A stretch of 32,000 nucleotides of DNA from Halorhodospira halophila SL1 (lineage in GTDB: Bacteria > Pseudomonadota > Gammaproteobacteria > Nitrococcales > Halorhodospiraceae): NCBI RefSeq assembly GCF_000015585.1, contig NC_008789.1:2610001-2642000 (forward strand). Reading direction: 5' to 3'. The notes under the pieces were generated by a model. That model did no database searches. It was not told the DNA's origin and saw only the letters and a list, made by a program, of their open reading frames with translations. Below, piece by piece: positions 25,880-32,000 of the stretch (position 1 is the first letter of the stretch; every line of letters begins with the position of its first letter). Made by a program: the position numbers and the translations under genes.

Positions 25880-26569
25880 GGCGGTGTCCGGCCGCAGACG
25901 GTAGATCAGATCGTGGACCTGGTGCCCCTTGCGCAGGCCGCGGCGCTCGAACTTGGTCTGCGGGCGCGGCGGCGGAGGCGGCACGAAGGCGCGCGGACCA
26001 CAGGTGTTCTCGAAGCGCGCGTCGGCCTCCAGCGTGTCGAGCATCCACTCGGCGTAGTCCGCCCAGTCGGTGGCCAGGTGCAGCGCCCCCCCGGGCACCA
26101 ATCGCTCGGCGAGGAGGTCGAGGAAGGCGGGCTGGATGATCCGCCGCTTGTGGTGGCGCTTCTTCGGCCAGGGATCCGGAAAGAAGATCTGCACGGTCTC
26201 CAGGCTGGGCCCGGGCAGGTGGTGGCGCACCAGCTCGACGGCATCCACCGTCGCCACGCGGAGGTTGTCGAGCCCGGCCTGCTCGGCGCAGAGCAGGCAG
26301 TGCCCCACCCCCGGCCGGTGGACCTCGACCCCCAGGTAATCGCGCTCCGGGTCGGCGGCAGCCATCTCCACCAGGGCCTCGCCGTCGCCAAAGCCGATAT
26401 CCAGCACCCGCGGCGCGGCACGACCGAACAGGCCGTCGAGGTCGATCACCCCGCGCTCGGGGACATCGACCCCGAATTGCGGCCAGAGCCCCTCCAGGGC
26501 CCGCTGCTGGCCCTGGGTCAGGCGCCCCTCGCGGCGGACGAATGTGCGGGTCTGTCGCGGCTGGCTCAC
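25874..26569 (-). CDS. trmB: tRNA (guanine46-N7)-methyltransferase
   Basis: [13 protein letters not shown]-terminus, SAM motif LDIGFGDGE and [14 protein letters not shown]. Confidence 0.9.
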   Translation of the reverse strand: MSQPRQTRTFVRREGRLTQGQQRALEGLWPQFGVDVPERGVIDLDGLFGRAAPRVLDIGFGDGEALVEMAAADPERDYLGVEVHRPGVGHCLLCAEQAGLDNLRVATVDAVELVRHHLPGPSLETVQIFFPDPWPKKRHHKRRIIQPAFLDLLAERLVPGGALHLATDWADYAEWMLDTLEADARFENTCGPRAFVPPPPPRPQTKFERRGLRKGHQVHDLIYRLRPDTAG

Positions 26570-27354
26570 TCGAAGAAGGTCCCTTCCTCGGGCGACGACG
26601 CCGCGGCGTAGCGCTTCTTGGGGATGCGACCGGCACGGTACGCCTCGCGCCCGGCCTCGACGCCCTTGCGCATGGCCGAGGCCATGAGCACCGGATCCCG
26701 CGCACCGGCGATGGCCGTATTGAGCAACACGGCGTCACAGCCGAGCTCCATGGCCACGGCCACGTCGGAGGCGGTCCCCACCCCGGCGTCCACCAGGACC
26801 GGGACCTCCAGGCGGTCGACGATCTCCAGGATGTTGTAGCGGTTCTGGATCCCGAGCCCCGAACCGATGGGGGCGGCCAGCGGCATCACGGCCACGCAGC
26901 CGATCTCTTCGAGCCGTTTGGCGGTGATGGGGTCGTCGCTGGTATAGGCCATGACCTCGAAGCCCTCGGCCACCAGCTGCTCGGCGGCCTCCAGGGTCCC
27001 GGGCACATCCGGGTAGAGGGTGCGCTCGTCGCCGATGACCTCGAGCTTGACCAGGTTGTGGCCGTCAAGCAGCTCGCGGCCCAACCGGCAGGTGCGCACC
27101 GCATCCTTGACCGTATAGCAGCCGGCGGTATTGGGCAGGATGGTGTAGCGATCCGGCGGTACGGCGTCGAGCAGGTTCGGCTCGTCGGGATTCTGGCCGA
27201 TGTTGCTGCGACGCAGGGCGATGGTGACGATCTCTGCACCGCTCGCCTCGATGGCCGCGCGGGTCTGCTCCATATCACGGTACTTGCCGGTACCGACCAG
27301 CAGACGCGAGTGGTACTCACGCCCGGCGATGACCAGGGGATCGCGATCCGCCAT
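26566..27354 (-). CDS. thiG: Thiazole synthase ThiG
   Basis: [19 protein letters not shown], and [13 protein letters not shown] near the C-terminal half. The stop overlaps the trmB start. Confidence 0.95.
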   Translation of the reverse strand: MADRDPLVIAGREYHSRLLVGTGKYRDMEQTRAAIEASGAEIVTIALRRSNIGQNPDEPNLLDAVPPDRYTILPNTAGCYTVKDAVRTCRLGRELLDGHNLVKLEVIGDERTLYPDVPGTLEAAEQLVAEGFEVMAYTSDDPITAKRLEEIGCVAVMPLAAPIGSGLGIQNRYNILEIVDRLEVPVLVDAGVGTASDVAVAMELGCDAVLLNTAIAGARDPVLMASAMRKGVEAGREAYRAGRIPKKRYAAASSPEEGTFFE

Positions 27355-27390
27355 CTTTCTCTTGGACTCCGTGCTGTTTCGGGACTCGGG

Positions 27391-27615
27391 TCAGCCGCCG
27401 CCGATGGCCTGGATGACCTCCACGCGATCGCCATCGGCCAGTTGGTGGTCGCCGAGCTGACTGCGGGGGACGATGGTCTCGTTGACCTCCACCGCCAGGC
27501 GCTGCTCTTCGCTGACACCGAGCCGCTGCAGGACGTCGGCACAGCTCGCCCCGGCCGGCAGGGTCATGCCCTCGCCGTTGACCTGAACCTGTATGCTGGT
27601 TGCCATACTACTCAT
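27391..27615 (-). CDS. thiS: Sulfur-carrier protein ThiS
   Basis: IQVQVNGE beta-grasp start and C-terminal GGG immediately upstream of thiG. The start could be ATG 27615 or ATG 27606. Confidence 0.85.
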   Translation of the reverse strand: MSSMATSIQVQVNGEGMTLPAGASCADVLQRLGVSEEQRLAVEVNETIVPRSQLGDHQLADGDRVEVIQAIGGG

Positions 27616-27655
27616 CTCAGATAGTGTAACGCGGCGTGCGGCACTGCGGCACCGG

Positions 27656-27684
27656 TTGTCCTCGGCGGCTTACAGCGCTATGAT
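27656..27684 (+). promoter_or_regulatory. Candidate sigma-70 promoter of tRNA-Gly
   Basis: TTGTCC (27656-27661), 17-nt spacer, TATGAT (27679-27684). It ends 14 nt before the mature tRNA 5' end. Confidence 0.45.
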
Positions 27685-27698
27685 TTCGACTGTCCGCA

Positions 27699-27772
27699 GC
27701 GGGTGTAGCTCAATGGTAGAGCTCCAGCTTCCCACGCTGGCGATGTGGGTTCGATTCCCATCACCCGCTCCA
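27699..27772 (+). tRNA. tRNA-Gly (anticodon CCC)
   Basis: Hand-folded cloverleaf. Acceptor GCGGGTG/CACCCGC, D-arm GCTC-AATGGTA-GAGC, anticodon arm CCAGC-TTCCCAC-GCTGG, T-arm GTGGG-TTCGATT-CCCAT, discriminator T, encoded CCA. Confidence 0.9.
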
Positions 27773-27814
27773 GACCCTTCCTTGCTCTTCGACTCGACGA
27801 CCCCCGGGCTGCGT

Positions 27815-28273
27815 TCAGCCGGTCTCCGCCGCGCGCCGGTCGATCAGATTGAGGTCCACGGCCAGGGCGCCGCGGTTGTGCAGCAGATCGGCCAGCGTGT
27901 AGCGATCGAGTACCGCCAGGAAGGCGTGCAGGGCCTCGTCCAGGACGGCACGGACGGCGCAGGTGCCCTCGATCCGACAGCGCTGGTCCTCCTCCCGGAA
28001 ACACTCCACCAGGGTGAAGTCTTCCTCGGTGCGCCGGAGCAGTTCGCCCAGTGGGATCGTCTCCGGCGGCTGGGCCAGCCGAATCCCCCCGCGCTTGCCG
28101 CGCACGGTCTCCACGAAGCCGTGGGCGGCCAGGCGGTTGACCACCTTCATCAGGTGGTTGCGCGAGATCTCGAAGCGCTCGGCAATGGCCCCGATGGTGA
28201 CCAGCTCGCCCTGTGCAGCCCCCAGGAAGAGCAGGACCCGCAGGGCGTAGTCGCTGTGGCGGGTTAGACGCAT
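27815..28273 (-). CDS. Rrf2-family transcriptional regulator (NsrR/IscR-like, three-Cys cluster ligands)
   Basis: MRLTRHSDYALRVLLFL N-terminus, wHTH ISRNHLMKVVNRL, and the Cys triad CFREEDQRCRIEGTC. Confidence 0.85.
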   Translation of the reverse strand: MRLTRHSDYALRVLLFLGAAQGELVTIGAIAERFEISRNHLMKVVNRLAAHGFVETVRGKRGGIRLAQPPETIPLGELLRRTEEDFTLVECFREEDQRCRIEGTCAVRAVLDEALHAFLAVLDRYTLADLLHNRGALAVDLNLIDRRAAETG

Positions 28274-28328
28274 GATCCGGCTCCGTTGGCTGCCCCGGAC
28301 ACTATAGCAGTGCCCGGGGCCTTCCGGA

Positions 28329-28715
28329 TCAGCCCAGGCCGACGATCAGCAGCGGTTCGCGGGTGACGCTGTAGAGGTACAGGTAACCGATCACCACGAT
28401 GCCGCCGACAAAGGCGGCCATGCGGATCGGCCGGGGACGGCTCCGCCCCAGGGCCACCACCCCGAGGGCGATGTAGGCGATCAGGCCGAGGAGCTTGACG
28501 GTGAGCCAGCCGTCGACGAACGGGTACTGGGCGATCATCACCATCAGCACCACCGCTGTGAGCAGCAGCACGGTGTCGGCGACCCGCGGCGCCACGCGCA
28601 GGACCTTGTGATCCAGGGCCGCAGAACCGCGGAACATCAGGATCCCCCGGGCGATGAACAGACCGAGACTGGCCACGGCGGCCAGCACGTGCGTCGACAG
28701 CAGCACCTGGTGCAT
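28329..28715 (-). CDS. SirB2-like small integral membrane protein
   Basis: 128 aa with four predicted TM helices. The N-terminal THVLAAVASLGLFIARGILMFRG resembles the SirB2/YchQ family. It lies upstream of, and is probably co-transcribed with, the Rrf2 gene. Confidence 0.55.
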   Translation of the reverse strand: MHQVLLSTHVLAAVASLGLFIARGILMFRGSAALDHKVLRVAPRVADTVLLLTAVVLMVMIAQYPFVDGWLTVKLLGLIAYIALGVVALGRSRPRPIRMAAFVGGIVVIGYLYLYSVTREPLLIVGLG

Positions 28716-28796
28716 TCCTACCCCCTCGCATCGTCCGCATCAGAAAGCGGCTATTCTTCCTGCCGGTCGGGGCCGCCTGCAACCACGCCGGGCCCA

Positions 28797-28835
28797 CGCA
28801 CCGGGGTGGTGCGGCCACCGTGCCGGACTGGTGCA
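28797..28835. promoter_or_regulatory. NtrC-type palindromic sites (candidate UAS) upstream of the TorF-family porin gene
   Basis: CGCACC-GGGGT-GGTGCG (28797-28813) is a perfect 6-bp inverted repeat matching the TGCACC-N5-GGTGCA core in 5 of 6 positions per half-site. A second weaker site ends in GGTGCA (28819-28835). Confidence 0.45.
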
Positions 28836-28908
28836 GGGCGGCCGCCGAGCATCCCCACAGCGCCTTCGCTACGCCGTAACCCCCTGACTCTTGGGGACCA
28901 CCCCTCGC

Positions 28909-28924
28909 TGGCACGCATCATGCT
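28909..28924 (+). promoter_or_regulatory. Candidate sigma-54 promoter of the TorF-family porin gene
   Basis: TGGCAC-GCATC-ATGC-T with GG/GC spacing of 12 nt. It starts 101 nt upstream of ATG 29010. Confidence 0.55.
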
Positions 28925-29009
28925 TAAGGGTTCCGTGAGCGCGCCATACGCCGAGACCGGCGGTGGCCGCCCCGACCCACGGACCCAGAACTAGACAAGG
29001 TGCCCGATC

Positions 29010-29672
29010 ATGAAGAAGCCTCTCCCGTTCCTCGCCGCCGCCGGCGGCCTGCTCCTCGGCCTCTCCGCCAACGCCCAGGCCGAAGAGCTCGGCGCCGGGT
29101 GGAGCCTGTCGTCCAACGTGGCGATCACCTCCAACTATCTTCTCCGCGGTGGGTCCGAAAGCGACGAGGATCCCGCCATCCAGGGCGGTTTCGATCTCGA
29201 CCACGCTAGCGGGTTCTACATCGGGACTTGGGGTAGCAGTGTCGTCCTCGGGGAGGACGCAACGGAAATCGACTTTTATGCCGGGTATGCCTTTGAGTTC
29301 GCCCCTGGCCTCAGCCTGGATCTTGGCGCCGTGGCTTATACCTATTACCCAGCGGGGGACTCGGACGACGAGGAACTCTACGCCGGGATCGCTTCGTCAT
29401 TCGGCGAACTAGACTACGATTTCTACCTCTACTCCAATAGCGAGCCCGACATCACCGGCGAGTTAAATCTGGCTCACCCCATCGGGGCCGGTGTATCGGC
29501 TTTGGGTCAGCTGGGCTTCGTGGAGCCCGATGACGACAATGGCGATTACATCTACTACGCCGTGGGGGCCAGCTACACCTATCAGACCCTGGACTTCAGT
29601 GTGATGTGGACAGATACGGATGAATCTGGGAGTGACGACCAGTTCGCAGTAATGGTTTCACGGTCCTTCTAA
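29010..29672 (+). CDS. TorF-family putative outer-membrane porin
   Basis: Signal peptide ends in ANAQA. The N-terminal signature NVAITSNYLLRGGSESDEDPAIQGGFDLDHASGFYIGTWGS matches the proteobacterial TorF-type porin family. C-terminal VSRSF. Confidence 0.7.
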   Translation: MKKPLPFLAAAGGLLLGLSANAQAEELGAGWSLSSNVAITSNYLLRGGSESDEDPAIQGGFDLDHASGFYIGTWGSSVVLGEDATEIDFYAGYAFEFAPGLSLDLGAVAYTYYPAGDSDDEELYAGIASSFGELDYDFYLYSNSEPDITGELNLAHPIGAGVSALGQLGFVEPDDDNGDYIYYAVGASYTYQTLDFSVMWTDTDESGSDDQFAVMVSRSF

Positions 29673-29680
29673 CCTGAGCC

Positions 29681-29701
29681 GGGGGCGCCGCCGGCGCCCC
29701 C
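29681..29701. terminator. GC hairpin between convergent porin and comM genes
   Basis: GGGGGCGCC (29681-29689), loop GCC, GGCGCCCCC (29693-29701). There is a weak CTTTC tail on the plus strand. Confidence 0.4.
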
Positions 29702-29704
29702 CTT

Positions 29705-31216
29705 TCACCCCACCCCGCCCCGCTGCTCGAGCCCCCGGCGCAACCCCACCGCCTCGGCCACGTAGCGGGCGTCGATGGCATCCATGCCTTCCAGATCGGC
29801 GATCGTCCGCGCCACCCGCAGCAGGCGGTGGTGCCCCCGCGGCGAGAGGCCGATGACCTCGGTGGCCCGCTCCAGGGTCGCCTCGGCCTCCGGCTCGAGG
29901 GGGCAGGCCGCGTGCAGGACCTCCCCGCTGAGCTCGGCGGCGATCCGCCCGGAGCGCTCCCGCCGCCGCTCCCGGGCCCGGGCCACCCGTTCGGCCACCT
30001 GCTCGGTGGCCTCAGCCGCCGGCGCGGCGGTCAGCTCCCGGGCGCTGAGCCGCGGCACCTCGACGGCGATATCGAAGCGATCGAGCAGCGGCCCGGTGAT
30101 CCGGTCGCGGTAGCGCGCCACCTGATCCGGGGTGCAGCGGCACTCGCCGCGGGGGTCGCCGTGGTAGCCGCAGGGACAGGGGTTCATGGCCGCCACCAGC
30201 TGGAAGGCCGCCGGGTAGGTGACCCGGGCGTTGCTGCGGGCGATGCTCACCCGCCGCGCCTGCAGGGGCTCACGCAGCGCCTCCAGGGCGTTGCGGGGCA
30301 GTTCGGGGAACTCGTCGAGGAAGAGCACGCCGCGGTGGGCCAGGGAGACCTCGCCGGGGCGGGGCGGCTGCCCGCCACCGATCAGCGCCGCCGGGGAGAT
30401 GCTGTGGTGGGGGGCCCGGAAGGCCGGGATCCGCCAGCTGGCCGGATCCACCCCCTCGCCACTGACCGAGCGCACCGCCGCCGCCTCCAGGGCCTCGTCT
30501 TCCGGGAGCGGCGGCAACAGCCCGGGCAGGCGTTCGGCGAGCATGCTCTTGCCGGTACCGGGCGGGCCGCTGAGCAGCAGGTTGTGCCCCCCCGCGGCGG
30601 CGACCTCCAGCGCCCGGCGCGGGCCGGCCTGGCCGCGGACGTCGGCGAGATCGGGGCCTGGAGAGCGTTCCTGCGCCCCGGTCGGCGACCCCACCGGGGG
30701 CAGGGGCTCGCGGCCGTCCAGGTGGTCCAGCACCGCCAGCAGGCGCTGCGCGGCCACCGTGCCCCCGGGGTGAACCAATGCCGCCTCGGCGGCGTCGCCG
30801 CCCGGGATGATCAGCCGCCGGCCGGCCTCGCGGGCGGCCCGTGCCGCCGGGAGGATGGCGCCCACTTCGCGGAGCTGGCCGCCCAGGGCCAGCTCGCCGA
30901 TGAACTCCAGCGATTCGAGTTCGCCGTGGGCCTGACCCGACGCCGCCAGCACGCCGACCGCGATGGCCAGATCGAAGCGTCCGCCGCCCTTGGGCAGATC
31001 CGCCGGGGCCAGGTTGACCGTGACGCGGCCGACGGGAAACTCCAGGCCGCTGTTGATGATGGCGCTGCGGACCCGGTCCCGGGCCTCGCGCACCTCGGCC
31101 TGGGGCAGGCCGACCAGTGAGAACGCAGGCAGCCCCGGCGCCAGGTGGACCTCCACCTGGACCTCGGGGGCCGCCACACCGAGCGCCGCCCGCGCCCGGG
31201 TAACCGCCAGTGCCAT
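29705..31216 (-). CDS. comM: Mg-chelatase-like AAA+ ATPase YifB/ComM
   Basis: 503 aa. N-terminal Lon-protease-like domain (VEVHLAPGLPAFSLVGLP), Walker A GPPGTGKS, and a ChlI-type C-terminal region. Confidence 0.9.
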   Translation of the reverse strand: MALAVTRARAALGVAAPEVQVEVHLAPGLPAFSLVGLPQAEVREARDRVRSAIINSGLEFPVGRVTVNLAPADLPKGGGRFDLAIAVGVLAASGQAHGELESLEFIGELALGGQLREVGAILPAARAAREAGRRLIIPGGDAAEAALVHPGGTVAAQRLLAVLDHLDGREPLPPVGSPTGAQERSPGPDLADVRGQAGPRRALEVAAAGGHNLLLSGPPGTGKSMLAERLPGLLPPLPEDEALEAAAVRSVSGEGVDPASWRIPAFRAPHHSISPAALIGGGQPPRPGEVSLAHRGVLFLDEFPELPRNALEALREPLQARRVSIARSNARVTYPAAFQLVAAMNPCPCGYHGDPRGECRCTPDQVARYRDRITGPLLDRFDIAVEVPRLSARELTAAPAAEATEQVAERVARARERRRERSGRIAAELSGEVLHAACPLEPEAEATLERATEVIGLSPRGHHRLLRVARTIADLEGMDAIDARYVAEAVGLRRGLEQRGGVG

Positions 31217-31284
31217 GGGAACCCTCCCTGGTTCATGGGCACAGAGGACGACCTACGCGGCGAGCCCGCAGGCCCGCCTGCGGA

Positions 31285-32000
<716 letters not shown>

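Noticed and set aside
27607-27698. Possible TPP (THI-box) riboswitch upstream of thiS, prompted by a CTGAGA motif on the minus strand.
   Set aside because: Only the CTGAGA hexamer is present, and it lies about 10 nt from the start codon. The rest of the conserved THI-box (ACCTGATCTGGATAATGCCAGCG-like segment and pairing stems) is absent. The 84-nt gap is largely taken by the divergent tRNA promoter.
28264-28914. 216-aa ORF on the minus strand covering the SirB2-like gene region and the porin promoter.
   Set aside because: It is in an alternative frame to a plausible four-helix membrane protein. Its translation is Arg/Gly/Pro/Ala-rich with no motifs, and it would run across the predicted UAS and sigma-54 promoter.
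27773-29704. Genomic island integrated at tRNA-Gly, or disruption of the comM/yifB hotspot.
   Set aside because: There is no integrase, no repeat of the tRNA 3' end, and no transposase. comM is full-length at 503 aa. The downstream genes (Rrf2, SirB2-like, porin) show no obvious mobile signatures.

Overview
High-GC chromosomal segment that encodes strikingly acidic proteins. The source is most likely a halophilic purple sulfur gammaproteobacterium of the Ectothiorhodospiraceae. From memory, the HiPIP encoded here closely resembles Halorhodospira HiPIPs, but this needs a BLAST check. I support about 30 genes. Left to right they are: gspC (partial) and gspE (+). Then a minus-strand operon: MtrA/PioA-like multihaem cytochrome, MtrB/PioB-like porin, a 1111-aa multihaem lipoprotein and a Tat-signal HiPIP. 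Then a divergent sigma-54 response regulator plus histidine kinase (+), a lower-GC NYN-domain gene, and a small beta-barrel OMP. Then gspN-M-L-K (-), an 81-aa polyacidic secreted peptide, engB, cytochrome c4, an EEP-family phosphoesterase, an NSS transporter, a gamma-CA-like protein, gor, prlC, trmB-thiG-thiS, and tRNA-Gly(CCC). Finally an Rrf2 regulator plus a SirB2-like membrane protein, a TorF-family porin, comM/yifB, ubiK and glnK (partial). The main find is the cytochrome-porin-cytochrome-HiPIP operon at 1991-8845. It combines the Shewanella MtrCAB logic (surface multihaem lipoprotein) with the Rhodopseudomonas PioABC logic (HiPIP). It appears to have its own sigma-54 promoter, tandem palindromic enhancer-like sites and a dedicated two-component system. 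It is wedged between fragments of a type II secretion locus and has visibly lower G+C than its flanks. I also read three more GG-N10-GC sigma-54 promoter candidates, upstream of the acidic peptide, the TorF porin and glnK. Two of them carry NtrC-type palindromes at an identical 112-bp offset. No CRISPR array, transposase, integrase or rRNA was seen. Most long ORFs antisense to these genes are high-GC shadow ORFs.
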